Below are positions 1-13,829 of a stretch of 64,000 nucleotides of DNA, piece after piece. Position numbers and translations under genes: made by a program. Origin of the DNA: Mobula hypostoma (Eukaryota); the NCBI RefSeq assembly GCF_963921235.1, contig NC_086109.1:36272001-36336000 (forward strand). Direction: 5' to 3'. Every line of letters begins with the position of its first letter. The first letter of the stretch is position 1. The notes below the pieces were generated by a model. That model searched no databases. It was given only the letters and a program-made list of their open reading frames with translations, and was not told the DNA's origin.

Positions 1-1882
1 CAATTGCCACTTCTACTTTGAAAGTTCTGATGGATTCTCTTGTTATTGCTCTTGCAGACAGAGATTTCAAATTCATTTCCACTTTCCATATAAAAAATAT
101 AGATTTTAGTCTTGTCCCCAATGCATCCTTTACCTATCATTTTAAACCTGAGCGCTTGCAGTCTTCAACGCAGCACCTGATAACACCTCATTATTTATTC
201 CACCTAAAGCCATCATGAACTTATGCACCAAAATAAATTCCCCTCTTAATTTTCTTTGGTCCAATGTAAACATTTTCAATCTATACTTGGAACAAAAATC
301 ACATATCCTGGAATCATTCTACTTTTACTTTACTGCAGCATTTCTAAAAACTTTTCACCTTATCTAAGATGAACTAATCCAATTTGAATATAATATTCTA
401 ACGCTTTTTATTTTAAGATTCTATCATTCTAAGATTAACCTCAGATAAACTGTGATAATTTCAGATCAATAAATGGCTACTCTGTTCCTAATGCTCCTTA
501 AAATATATATTAGAAAAGCTGAACTAAAATTGGAAGCAGTATTTTACTACTTTTAATATATTTGATCTCCCAAGATGCATGTCCTCTGCCAAACTAAATT
601 CATAGCTGATGCTGAAATTAACTTGTTCATATTCTATTTTTGATTAAGTATTAAGTTAAGAACAATTCGGAATTTTACCGATTTGAGAACTGCGAAATAT
701 TTGTTTATTGAGGAATTGGGTAAAATCATAACAATAGCATGATATTGAAATTGTGAGCTTCATCTCATTTCTGCAATATTTGATTGACAATAAAACTGGT
801 GAAAAAAAGGTAATTACCTTAAGTATACTTGTCTTTACAAGGGTTTATTTGTTCCTCAAATGGACAAATCTCATGGCCCAGTCTTTACAAATTTATGTTT
901 TGGAGAAGTGGAGCAAATAACTGAGGAATCCATGAACATAATAGCTACTTCAAAATAGAATGCCTGAAAGTATTAACTTATTTTTCAACTTGTTAATCAG
1001 GCATCTAAAACAATTCCTTCTATGTTCAATCACATATTGATACTGTCAATAGCTATCTTGGTACGAAGTAAGTGCTGCAAGAATCTCTCCGATTCCAATT
1101 GTTTGGATACTTCTAATTGTTTGCATTATCTTTCAAATCCAGTCCTTACATTGTAAGTACTTTAACTTCTTTATTAGACTGTCTTACTCTGCCTCCCGTC
1201 CAATTGCTTTTAGAATCCCTCTGGTGCATTTGGCTGAATTTCCTTAATATTTTTTTCAGCTGTCAAGTGCTTTTTTCAACATTAAGGTTTCATATACTTC
1301 TCATTAATTAACATCCTTCATAATAATTGACATACCTGAAATAACATGATGTGATATTTGATGCAAGATATTTAGATCCCCCTTTAACTTTTCTTTGCTT
1401 ATTCACTCTTTCTAAAACTGAGATAAGCTGAGAAGCTTAAATTTTCTTCAGTTCAGATTGTTGGTTTTGAGGTCTTAAAACTAATTTAGGACTGAATTCT
1501 CCAACGCCGAACATTTTTTACATTCACATTTATAACAGAGGCCCAAAATGGTTATTTAGTTCCCTTGTGTGATCAAACAACATCAGATACTCCAAAGACA
1601 TATGGAAGCAAGGATAAAATGTATTCACTAAATACGTTACACATAATAGGAATTTGCTATGAGTGGGGTAGTGTGTGGCTGGCGAGTGAAGAGTTCTTGC
1701 AATCTGATGAGACATGACTTTGGTGCATTTGTTGTTACTGTTAGAGCAGAAGTTCCTTGTTTAGTGTAATGCTGAAGATACAACTGAAACAGTGAGTTAA
1801 AATCTTCTGGGAAAGGAGGCTCATACAGAGAAGATATCAGCATCCTGTTGCACTTCTGCACAATTTGAGAAAAGCATTTGTG

Positions 1883-1933
1883 TCATTGGGAGCCCAGTAG
1901 TTGATCTGAAGCTCCATTTGGACCTAAAATCCA
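1883..1933 (-). CDS. Candidate terminal coding exon of the minus-strand spliced transcript
   Basis: Acceptor tgtcccttcacag on the minus strand; the phase-0 reading gives WILGPNGASDQLLGSQ*. An alternative AG 10 nt downstream (exon start 1923) gives VQMELQINYWAPNDTNAFLKLCRSATGC*. No homology recognised. Confidence 0.25.
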   Translation of the reverse strand, partial: WILGPNGASDQLLGSQ

Positions 1934-2792
1934 CTGTGAAGGGACATAATGTCACCATTTTACTTTTGATAATATGGAGGCATCAGAAACTCCCAATACA
2001 TTTCTCTCAAATCCCCTTCCTCCTGGAGTAGAATACACATAGACCCTAGACCTAATTTTTGCCAGATTCCCATAAGGCAATAGTGGACAAAATCTGGAAC
2101 AATACTGGACGTTGAAGACTATGAGTTACATGATCGTGAAGTTTATCAAACTGACACTTGTAAACATCTGCAAGCTTTAACATTCCAATCTCACGCTAAC
2201 ATCTAACCACCTATTTACCCTGCAGATGACCTTAGCAATAAAGAGTTGATAGGATTTTGCAGATTGTAATTGAATACTGTTTTATACACCTACAAATTGT
2301 TGGCCTTCAACTCACTATCAGCGTTCAAGTTTCTTGGCGATTTTCTCTTCCTTTACATGAGGAATGACCAGCTCCTTGGAATCATTTCAAAGTAGGTTGA
2401 ACGTTTAACTTTCAGCCGGGTCCCTAATGAATATATACGGCTGAACTGCACCATTTGCAGCGTAAAATTTGGAATTCAGGATGATGCAGCATGTGAATAA
2501 CTGCTATGCTGAAATAATAGAAACTTTACTATATTTAATTGGTGTGGGAAGCTTCCTCACAATTTGAATTGAAGCTTTTAACATGTTAAGAGTAAAATAG
2601 CTAATCCTCTGTCTTACATCTGGCTTCCACCTTATCCCATAATCCCTTGTGCTTTGAAAAATTCAGATACCTTCTATATATGTCTTAACCCTTCGCCATG
2701 ACCTTGTATTTTTCTCATTTTGGTTAAAAAATCCAAACTTCAGAGACTCAGCAGATGAAGAGAGAGGATCTGAAGCAACTATCAGTACTTAC

Positions 2793-2901
2793 ATGTAACA
2801 GATCAGGTCCTGGCTTAGTGTGATTTAGAAGATGAATATATCCTTTGAGATATGGTTGCGAGATGTGTGCAGGCTTATGGGCCAACTGCAGGCAAATAGG
2901 A
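2793..2901 (-). CDS. Candidate internal exon (109 nt) of an unidentified gene
   Basis: Strong acceptor (long T tract then ctccag) and donor CAT|gtaagt. Only one frame is open: PICLQLAHKPAHISQPYLKGYIHLLNHTKPGPDLLH (phase 2 -> 0). Confidence 0.55.
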
Positions 2902-3675
2902 CTGGAGAAAAAAAAACAGACCAGTGTGGACCTATTACTGTGCTCTAACACTCTTTGACTATCCAGAATGTAAATGGCCTCTGTTTTGCTCTTGAAGCCA
3001 AAGTAATCAGTGGTTGGTTAAGCTCAGACCTTAGTCAATGCATATTCCCAGAACAGTCCTGAAAGTATCTAGGCTATTCCACTGCAATGGAATAAACTCC
3101 CTTTCATTTGTGAATATTGTTTGCCAGGCACATGGTTCATACAATGATAAACTGTTGCTTATTGTTACAAACAGGGGAAAACTGTACAGGTTATGAACTC
3201 CCAACTTATGTATAGCTTGTCCATATGAACGAGCATGTGGGAGACTGTCAGGACCGACATTCCTGGTGCTACTATGAACTTCACTCCATTGGCACAGCAG
3301 TTCTAATGCCAGCATTTGGGAAGGCCTGAGGAACAAATGGGTCTTGTTTCACAAGTCCATCAATCCCTGAAGGTGGTGAGGAAACCATAGAAGATATTTG
3401 TCTTCACGAGCCTGGGCATAGAATATAAATGCAGGGAGATATACCACAGCATTAGAAGACATTGGTTAGATCACTGCTGAAGCATTTCAACCCATTTGTT
3501 TGTCACACTCTAGAAAGGAGTGTTTGCATCTGTTACAGAGAGCCAAAACAACCAACTGGTCAATTGGTCAGCTGACAAGCAATCCTAGGCTGACTGTTAC
3601 TGATTTGTCATTGATCTTCACAATGCCTCAAATTTTCTTGAATGAGCTATTTAAATAGTTATGCTTTGAGATGCA

Positions 3676-5530
3676 TCCGTCACTTGTCCTAACTCGTTTC
3701 TTAACAGGAGATCTAATGTTGCATCCCCTCTAGTTGGTACCTCTATATATTGATTTAGAAAACTTTCCTGAACACATTTTACAAACTCTAACCCATCTAG
3801 ACCCCTAACAGTATGGGAGTCCCAATCAATATGTGGAAAATTAAAAACCCCTACCACCGCAACTTTATGTTTCTTGCAGTTGCCTGCTTTCTCTCTGCAG
3901 ATTTACTCCTCCAATTCTCATTGACTATTGGGCGGTCTATATTACAACCCCACTTGTGGCCATACCTTTCCTGTTTCTCAGCTCCACCCATAAGGACTCA
4001 GTAGACAAGCCCTCTGATCTGTCCTGCCTGAGCACTGCTGTAACATCTTCCCTGACAAGCAATGCAACCACCCCCCCCCCACCCCTGCACCTTTCATTCC
4101 TCTGCCTCTATCACATCTGGAACATCGGAACCTTGGAATATTACGCTGCCAGTCCTGCCCCTCCTATAGCCAAGTTTCACTAATTGCTATAACGTCATAA
4201 TTCCACCTGTCAGTCCACGCCCTCAACTCGTCTGCCTTCCCCGCAATACTCCTAGCATTGAAATATATACACCTCAGAAGATTTTTACCACCACTCACGA
4301 CCTTTCTATCAGCGGATTTGCTTAAACTTTCAACATCATTTATTTTCACCCCAGCCACACTGTCAGCTCTGGCACTCTGGTTCCCATCCCCCTGCAAATC
4401 TAGTTTAAAGCCTCCCCAATAGCACTAACAAACCTCCCTGAAAGGATATTGGTCCCCCTGTAGTTCAAGTGTAACCTGTCTCTCTTGTACAGGTCCCACC
4501 TGCCCCAGAAGAGGTCCCAATGATCCTGAAATCTGAAACCCTGCCCCCTACACCAGTTCCTCAGCCACTTGTTCATCCTCCAGAGCATCCTATTCCTACC
4601 CTCACTGGCACGTAGCACAGGTAGCAATCCTGAGGTTACCACTCTCAAGGTCCTGCTTTTCAACTTCCTACCAAGCTCTCTGTACTCACTCTCCAGGACC
4701 TCCTCACTCTTCCTTGCTATGTCATTGGTACCAATGTGCACCACAACATCTGGCTGATCACCCTCCCACTTCAGAGTGTCATGCAAGCGATCAGAGACAT
4801 CCTTGACCCTGGCACCCGGGAGGCAACAAACCATCCTGGATTCTCTGTCACAACCACAGAACCTCCTATCTGTACGTCTAACTATCGAGTCCCCTATCAC
4901 TACCGCTCTCCTCTTTTTCCCCCTTCCTTCTGCACTGCAGAACCAGACCCAGTGCCAGAGATCCGGCTGCTGCAGCTTGTCCCAGGTAAGTCATCCCCCC
5001 CAACAGTATCCAATGCGGTATACTTGTTGTTGAGGGGAATGGCCACAGGAGAACCCTGCTCTGCCTGCCCTTTTCTCTTCCCTCGCCTGAAAGTGACCCA
5101 ATTTCCTGTGCTCTGCTCCTTTGGCGTAACTACCTCCCTATCGCTACTACCTATAATCTCCTCATTCTTCCGAATAATCCAGAGGTCATCCAGCTCCTGC
5201 TCCAGTTCCCTAACGCGGTTTGTTAGGAGCTGCAGCTGGATGCACTTCTTGCTGGTGTCGTTGTCAGGGACACCGGAGGGCTCCCTGACTTCCCACATCC
5301 TGCAAGAGGAGCATTCCAACATTCTGCCTGGCAACAATCTAAACAATCTGAACAAAAAACTCACCGGAATCTACCCTGGGTTCTGCCTGATCTCGCCGAA
5401 GCCTGTTAAGCCAAAGCCGTCCCACTCTGCTCTCTCTCACTCTGCTGCCTGCTTATATGGTGGTCTGTTTTTAAACCTTGGTGCGCGACATCATGCTCCT
5501 GTGCAGTGCAGACCCTTCTCCCCGAGCGTA
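3676..5530 (-). mobile_element. CR1 LINE 5' half: ORF1 (Zn finger/coiled coil + SGNH esterase) and the APE endonuclease start of ORF2; RT absent
   Basis: ORFs 4900..5364 (CSSCRMWE...CIQLQLL), 4400..4900 (IGDSIVR...VVVHIGTND...LHLN), 4164..4397 (YFNARSI...AISETWL) and 3651..3857 (FNFPHIDW...TLDLLL). Confidence 0.9.
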
Positions 5531-5544
5531 CATGCAGCAAGATC

Positions 5545-7000
5545 ACTGACTGCAGCAGAAAGAAATTATGGACCAAACAGAAGGAATCTTTGCTGTCGAG
5601 AAATTCCAAAGGATGCTATATGGCAGATATTTCATTCTCCATACTGATCACAAGCCACTGTTGTCCATCTTCCGGTCTGAGAAAGACATCCTGTTGTATG
5701 CAGCCAACCATCTACAAAGGTGGGCAACAATGTTATTAGCCTATGATTTTGAAATCAAGTACAAAGTCAGGGAGATGTTCTTTCCAGACTTATGAATCAG
5801 CAGTTTACTGAAAATGACGATGCAGTTGTAGTGGCAATATCAGTGGATGCCAAAGTCCACCAGCTTGTCTGGGATGCAGTTAAAGGTCTTACAGTCATGG
5901 TTTACCAGATCATTGCAGAAACGGTTGCAGATGCTCTCCCTCAGTATATCTCCAGATACCCTGTTGACAGATAGCCAATCAAAGCCGAGGAAAATCTTGT
6001 ACCCTTTTATCAACATTATCCATCACACTCAACTGCGGATTCCTGATGAACGTTAGGAGACAGAATAACGATTCCACAAACACTTTGACCAAAAGTACTG
6101 AAATAATTCCACTCTGGTCACTTAGGCATCAATCAAATTGAAAGCCCTGGCAAGAAAGTTTGTGTACTGGCAGGACATAGATAAAGATCTAAGATCATAA
6201 TGCAAGCAGTGTGCTCAATGCTCATGGTATCAAAGAATCCAAGCAGAACCGATTCATCACCGTGGCCTCAGTCTAACAAACCTTGGAGTTGAGTACATAT
6301 TGACTTTGCTGGGCCAATTAATGGGTGTACCTACCTGTCCTCATTGATGTCTACTCCAAATATCCAGAAGTATTACCTATGAAATCAACAACAACAGAGA
6401 CCACCATTCAACATCTCCTGCAGATATTCCACTGCATTGGGATTCCTAATAATAGCACCCAATTCAGTTTACAGCAGTTTGCTGTATGCTGCCACAACAG
6501 TGGAATTGTCCACACCTGCTCACCTCTGTCTCATTCACTGTCCAACAGACAAACAGAGAGGTTTGTGGATACCTTCAAACAGTCATTTCTGAAATCAAGA
6601 AGGGAAGGAGCATCAGCCAAGGCTCTCAACACATTTCTGCTGACATTGAATTACACCAGATCCAGGCCTCAAGGGGAAGTCTCCAGCTACAGCATTTTAA
6701 GGAAGACAGCTATGCACAGTGTTGGATGCAAAGCTGCCACAGTATCTAACATCCAAGACAGCCAATGGTCAGGTGAAAGAACACAGTCACGCAAGCTTTC
6801 ATCGATGGGTGAAGACAAGCAAGCCTGGAATTGCAGTGCAGGGCAGACAGTATCACAATGGACAAGAGCCCAGGGTACCAGGTCAGATTGTCAAAAAGAA
6901 TCAAGAAAGTGTTCAACGAAGTTATGATAGACATTATGGTCACATCACAAAATGTTGTTGCACATGATCATAGCGTCCACTGTGGTTCCAATCAATGGTG
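5545..7000 (+). mobile_element. Degenerate Gypsy (Mag-like) pol fragment: RNase H and integrase
   Basis: FAVEKFQRMLYGRYFILHTDHKPLLSIF, HLQRWATMLLAYDFEIKY, VHIDFAGP, LIDVYSKYPEV, ERFVDTFKQ; many frameshifts and stops. Confidence 0.85.
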
Positions 7001-7799
7001 AAATTTTTTGTCCTTGTTGTTCTTTTCTATGATCAAAACACACTGGCTGAGCACAAAAGTCAGTAAAATCTGGCTAGTCCATCTTGCTAGCAAGTGGGAT
7101 AATGAAGGTGTTGAACAGTTACCATCTTACACATGAAGTGGGTCCACATTCCACGCCGCAGCCTACTATAGCTATGTTGGGAAGCAGTCAACAAGGTGGT
7201 GTGTGGCAATGCAGAAGCACAGTCTGTGCACCAGTATTCGCACATTGACCGTCATAGATCAAAGTATTGAGTACAAGAATTGTGATGTTATGTTGAAGTT
7301 ATATATGATGTTGGTGAGGCTTAATGCATTAATATTTGTTTTATTTGCTGCGTGTGATGTATGTTTTCTGGGTGCACTGCTATCTGGAAAAAAACATTGT
7401 TTCATTTGGTTGTATATATGTACAGTCAGATGACAATAAGCTTGAACTTGAACTTACAGACAAATGTCCCTGACTTTGCCACATCAACCAGTTGCAGCCA
7501 TGTGCTCCCAAAGGTGCAATTGGCTAGATCATCAGACACAGAACTGGACTTTCATTTCCTTCTGGAAGGATTAAATTTACCCTGACTCATTCAGTCACCA
7601 GCACCAGCACAGCCACAGCAACAAGAGAGTGCCAGCCTGCGACTACTAAGGAGGACTGATAGCCAGCGGAATCCCATTGCTCTAATTGATATCAACCCTT
7701 GTCTCAAATCCAGCAGGTAATTATCTTCAAGAGGGAGGTGTTATGGCAAGCTAAAGTATCCAATGCCTATTGGTCAGCTGACAACCATTCCCAGGCTGA

Positions 7800-8325
7800 C
7801 TTTCACTGATTGGTATGGAGGGGCTACTGCACAGGATTGAAAGAAGCTGCAGAAGGTTGTAAATCTAGTCAGCTCCATCTTGGGTACTAGCCTACGAAGT
7901 ATCCAGGACATCTTTAGGGAGCGGTGTCTCAGAAAGGTAGCGTCCATTATTAGGGACCTCCAGCACCCAGGGAATGCCCTTTCCTCACTGTTACCATCAG
8001 GTAGGAGGTACAGAAGCCTGAAGGCACACACTCAGCGATTGAGGAACGTCACCTTCACCTCTGCCATCTGATTCCTGAATGGACATTGAAGCTTCGGACA
8101 CTACCTCACTTTTTTTAATATGCAGTATTTCTGTTTTTGCACATTTAAAAAAATCTATTTAATATATGCAATTGATTTACTTGTTTATTTATTATGTTTT
8201 ATTTTATTTATTATTACTATTTTTTCTCTCTCTGCTATATTATGTATTGCATTGAACTGCTGCTACTAAGTTAACAAATTTCACTTCATATGCCAGTGAT
8301 AATAAACATGATTCTGATTCTGATC
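7800..8325 (+). mobile_element. Rex1/Babar LINE 3' fragment
   Basis: RERCLRKVASIIRDLQHPGNALSSLLPSGRRYRSLK, followed by an AT-rich 3' UTR with aataaa and a (attctg)n tail. Confidence 0.8.
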
Positions 8326-9252
8326 TTTGTTCCTAACCACGTCTTAGTTGTTCTTGGGTAAACCACTTAAATAATCATGCTTCAGGATGCACTTATGAAT
8401 TATTGTAGCTGTGTGGTTTTACTGCATTTACTGCATAAAGGTTTATTTCACACTCCATCTTCGTTGTATCTCCTGGCTTTGCCTCTCATCAGTCGCTGAT
8501 GATTGACTTAACATATTCAGGTGTTTTGTTACATCAAAAGCTACTTAAAAATGAGGACGGAACAGAGCAAGTACTAAAATAGTTAACTTGATATGTGCCA
8601 GCCCTCTCACTGCAGTACACATTCCATTCTGCTAATTTGTGGTGCCATTCATGACCAATTCGTCAGTGAAACCTCAAAGGCCTGTCCCCAAACCCCCAAC
8701 CGCTCTGCCATTATACCCTCTCCACTGATGTAACTGCAATGCCCTGGTTAAGATTTTTACTGCTATGCTGTTTGTATTTCATTTTAGCAGTTTTGTAAGA
8801 GCAGTTTTTCTGCTTTCAGCTTGTTTGCATTTGAGCTGAGATAAGAGGCTTATTGTTCAACTTAGGGATGTGGTGTCAGCCAATCAGGATGGTTGTATTG
8901 GAAGAAGGTTCTAGAGATCATGGGGCAGAGAGGTCTTGGTTGGCAGGAGCTGGGAGAAAACTGGAAGGAAGATGGTGAAGGATGCTGTTTTTGTTGCACA
9001 AAGTGCTTTGTGCAGATGAATGGCTTCGAGGAGGAAGGACCGATACTCCCATAAGAGAGCCCACTTGTTCAATATGGATTTCGAGCGACCTTCAGAAGGT
9101 GGTGTGTGCTTTCATGCAAACCAAGGGTCCAGCGTGTGAGTTAGATACAAGTTCAAGATTTGATGTCTACCGTGCACATGTGACTGTTTAAGTATAATGG
9201 GCCCTCTTTTTTTCTTTCTTTCCTTTAATAACTGTTTGCTTAAGTTAACATT

Positions 9253-9446
9253 GGTCAGCTGGTGGCGTAGTGGCATCAGCGCTGGACTTCGGAGCGAAGA
9301 CTTACGAGTTCGAATCCAGCCGGCTCCCTTGCATACTTTCCATCCGTGCTGGGTTGAGTGTCGAGCTAGCAACTTGGCCTCGTAAAAAACGCCATCATGA
9401 CGGCGTCCTGATGACTCCACTCTGAGCTAAGGGCTTTCTTCTTCTT
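9253..9446 (+). mobile_element. tRNA-derived SINE with a 14-bp TSD
   Basis: A box TGGCGTAGTGG (~9263), B box GAGTTCGAATCC (~9306), (ctt)n tail; direct repeat CTTAAGTTAACATT at 9239-9252 and 9447-9460. Confidence 0.9.
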
Positions 9447-9986
9447 CTTAAGTTAACATTCTTAAGTATACTTCTTGTTAATTGTATGCAATGTATGATC
9501 TGGTATTTCTTGCTGACAGGCAATTGCTGGGAGGCAGTAAATCACACAGCATTCACACAAACTGGGCTTTATGTGGGCGAGACATCCCAGTCTTACAGAT
9601 TTGGCAGGACCAAAATCATTTACACCACAGACGTACGAATCTTGAGAAAGGTAGGTTTCCCGCTGCGGAATCCAGTGGCTGTTAGTGAGAGGCTAACAAG
9701 CCACATTTTCAGAGACGCCAGTAAAATGGGGTTTCATAAACGATGCAGTAATTAGACTGATACATTAGCTGTTACGTTCAAGGCCATGGTGGTGAGACAT
9801 TCGACAAGCACAAAGATTCAATCTTTGCAATACACCAGGTCCAGGAATTTGGCTGATGTTGAGACCTGATTGCTTGCCTTTAGTTCACACTTTGTAAAGC
9901 ATTGCATGATGATTGATGTTATTGCTTACTCCGCTGCCTTTGGATATGCATTCCAAATGCATGATTCAACATTACATGAAACATCG

Positions 9987-9987
<1 letters not shown>

Positions 9988-10038
<51 letters not shown>

Positions 10039-10056
10039 AAGAGAGAAAGAGAAAAG
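9988..10056. repeat. Compound microsatellite (TG)n(AG)n
   Basis: Read directly from the sequence. Confidence 0.95.
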
Positions 10057-12014
10057 AAAGATTAGAGTAGGAAGATTTAGGGAAGGCATTTCATAATTAG
10101 GGAATTGGAGCTTACAAATAAAGCTAAGAATGAGCAAGGGAAAGACCAGATGTGGAGAATCTGGAGGAACCCTGAGGTTAGAGGAGATTATGGAGGTGGA
10201 GGAGGCTGTACTGTAAGAGTAGGTAATGGGTTTCAACACTTTTAAAACAAAAGGTTTGCTGAACTCTAGGCCAGTGTTGGGCTGAAGAGTGAATAAAAAT
10301 TGGTTCAAGTTTGGTTTTCAGCAGCATTAATTTGAACGTACTCAGACTTAAAAATAATGGGAATATGAAAAGTGGACCGTCATCGAGTTGTAAAGTTGCC
10401 ATCGATAATCATTTCAGCAACAGGTTGATATGTGTGGAGAAATGATGAGATAGAGTTACTGCACCAGCAGAAGGAATTTTCCTTGAAGTAACATGGAGTA
10501 AAGATTTTAGTTAGTTTTCATATGAGACAGTTACCTACACTAATACAATCAATATGTATTTGGCTTACTGTACTGTATGTTGAAGATTTATTTTGAATGT
10601 TGACTATCCATGCACTTACTATGTTTTGAAATGTTATACTCAAACTCCTGAGCTTATGATTTTGTTCTTCAAGAATAAGATACATAAATAGTTAATTTTT
10701 TTTGTGCATTTCATGAGAGAATTTTCAGTGTTTGAACTTGTGAAGCTTTCAAATTCAGGACTTACTATAAACTTAGATGGGGCTGGTATCATTCATGGGC
10801 AGTATGAGCTTGGAGCATCCAATATATTGAAATGCCACATAATAGTGAAATGTTTACATGGTTATTATAATTTAACGTTATGGTAGTGAATGAGACACAA
10901 AAATTACTTCCCTGCTGACTAATATTTACTGAAGTGTTGACACAAGATTAAATTAAATGGATGACCTTAATTGTAGATACAGCTTGTAGTAAGTTAGCCT
11001 GGATATTTTAATTCTACATTTAAAGCTCTTAAGTAATCGGTTAAACTTTATAAATAATGCTACATGCAAGGATGGTAAATATTCAGGGAATTTGTAATAG
11101 GATATCACGATGATTCAAATCACTAATATAAACATATAGTGCAAATATTTATGTAAGGACATTGGTTTTCTCTTTTATGAATTTAATATTACCACTATAG
11201 TTCGGATTTGAACCATGAATCTTGTATCTACAGTTCAAAGCTTTATGGATTCAATATAATTCGTTTCTACATGGGAGTAGTGAGTGACACTGAGACAGAA
11301 TACCATTACAGGTACAACCGAAGGATGACCACAAAGATTATTGGAGACAGTATCAGAATCAGGTTTAATATCACTGACATATATCATGAAAGTTATTGTT
11401 TTGCAGCAGCAGTACAGTGCAATGCATAAAATACAATAAATTACAATAACAATATTTTGTCACAAGGTAGTACTTAACACATAAATAATATTACAAAAAT
11501 ATCTACTATCGCTTGCTGTTCTTGAATTTGAGTCAATGAATTTCACCTTTAAAATCGGATCCCATTAAACTGAAGCAATTTAGGATGAAGATGGTCCAGC
11601 ATTCCATATTAAGAGGGGGAAAACAAGTGGAAATCAATAATTTAGTAATTATTTGGTATTGTTGGCAATTTTTTAAATTAGAATCCTCATATGTTCAAAG
11701 TTTTCACTTTGAGTTTGGTAAAATATCTCCGGGACTGTCACTTTAATAGGTTGACAGCATGAAATTTTTCTTTCCTCTGTTTTCGATTTATTCAATGTTA
11801 ATCCAGTAGCACCAAGTAATGCAGAATCTGGAAGATATAAAATGAAGTAATATCATTAACTACTTGGCATTGAACTACTTGGTAATTCCTTTGCATTGAA
11901 CTTCCTTAGTTGCATGCTGGAAACTTGCTGTTATTCAGACACTTGATCCAGATACACAAAGATTGTGATCAATATACACCAAGTTATTTATTTAGTTTTT
12001 ATTTATGCATTTAC

Positions 12015-13760
12015 AGGATGTGGACGTCTCCAGCTAAGCCAGCATTTATTGTCCATGCCTAGTTGCCCTTGAGAAGGTGGTGATGAGCTGCCTTCTTGAA
12101 CCGCTGCAGTCTCTGAGGTGTAGATGCACCCACAGTGTTATTAGGGAAGGAATTCCATGATTTGGACCCAGCAACAATGAAGGAATGCCAATATGTTTCC
12201 AAGTCAGGGTGGTGAGTGACCTGGAGGGGGATTTCCAAGTGGTGGTGTTCCCAGGTATCTGCTGTTCTCGTCCTTCTAGATGGTAGTGGTTGTGGGTCTG
12301 GAAGGCGCTGCCTTAGGAACTTTGGTGTGTTGTTGCAGTGCATCTTCTAGATAGTACACACTGCTGCAACTGTTTGCTGGTGGAGGGATTGGATGCTTGT
12401 GGAAAGGGTACCAATCAAATGGGCTGCCTTGTATTGGATGGTGTCAAGCTTCTGGAGTGTTGATGGAGCCGCACTCGTCCAGGAGAGTGGTGAGTATTCC
12501 ATTACACTACTGACCCGAACCTTACAGATGGTGGACAGGCTTTGGGGAGTCAGGAAGTGAGTTACACACTACAGGATTTCTAGCCTTTGGCCTGTTCTGC
12601 CAGCCACAGTGTTTATATGGCTAGATCAGTTCAGTTTCCTGTCAATGGTAGCTCCCAGGATGCTGATAGTAGGGGATTTAGTGATGGTGATGCCACTGAA
12701 TGTCAAGGGACAATGGTTAGAGCCTTTCTTGTTGGAGATGGTCATTGCCTAGCACTGGCATGGCTCAAGTCTTACTTGCCATTTGTCAACCCAAGCCTGG
12801 ATATTGTCCAGGTCCTGCTGCTATTTGGGTATGAACTGCCTCACTATCTGAGGAGTCATGACTGGTGCAGAACATTGCGCAGTCATCTGTGAATATCTCC
12901 ACTTCTGACCTTATGATGGAAAGGAGGTCATTGATGAAGTAGCTGAAGATTGTTGGTCCTAGGACACTTCCTTGAGGAACTCCTGCAGTGATGTCCTGAG
13001 GATCAGATCGAACCACCACAACCATCTTCCTTTGTGACAGGTATGATTCCACCCAGCGGAGGGCTTTCCCCCTAATTCCCACAGACTCTATTTTAGCTAG
13101 AGCACCTTGATGCCACACTCGGTCAAATGCTGCCTTGATGTCAAGGGCTATCACTCTCACCTCACCTCTGGTACGTAGCTCTTTGGTCCATGTTTGAACC
13201 AAGGAGGTGATGAGGTCAGGAGCTGAGTGGTCTTGGTGGAACCCAAACTGGGCATCTGTACGCAGGTTATTGCCAAGTAAGTGCTGCATGATAACACTCA
13301 CATTACTTTGCTTATATGGTGGTAATTGGCTGGGTCGGACGTCCTGTTTCTTTGTTGGAGGACACACCTGGACAATTTTCCACATTGCCAGGTAGATGCC
13401 GGTATTGTAGTTGTACTGGAACAGCTTGGTAGCGGCGCAGCAAGTTTTGGCGCTCGAGTCTTCGGAACTATTGCCGAGATTTTGACTGGGCCCATAGCTT
13501 TTGCAGTATCCAGAGCTTTCAGCTATTTCTTAATACAACGTTGAGTGAATCGGATTGGCTGCATACTGACATCTGGGGTGCTGGGGACTTCTGGAGGAGG
13601 CTGAGCTGGATCATCTACTTGGCACTTCTGACTGAAGATTGTTGCAAATGCCTCAGCCTTATATTTTGCACAGGTGTTCTGGGCTCCTCTGTCATTGAGG
13701 ATGAGGATATTTGTACAGCCTTCTCCCAGGTGATTGTCCACCACCATTCACGACTGAATG
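12015..13760 (-). mobile_element. CR1/L2-group LINE, RT to 3' end, degenerate
   Basis: ORF 12786..13385 (ALDIKAAFDRVWH, GVPQGSVLGP, FTDD) and C-terminus ...FKKAAHHHLLKGN*. Confidence 0.85.
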
Positions 13761-13829
13761 TTGCTCAACTTCTTATGATATTGTGCCCATTATCTAAGGA
13801 AGAATATGCTGACATTGAAGAGGATCCAT

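Noticed and set aside
1001..1067. Plus-strand exon candidate (ASKTIPSMFNHILILSIAILVR)
   Set aside because: Splice-like sites only; no partner exon or homology.
4736..5647. Longest ORF (303 aa, plus strand)
   Set aside because: It is the antisense shadow of CR1 ORF1 running into Gypsy sequence.
9253..9325. Genuine tRNA gene
   Set aside because: It is followed by a SINE body, a tail and a TSD; no convincing full cloverleaf.
8728..9700. LTR-like element hosting the SINE
   Set aside because: It looks like a repeat starting with TGTAAC, but I could not fix a 3' end or TSD.
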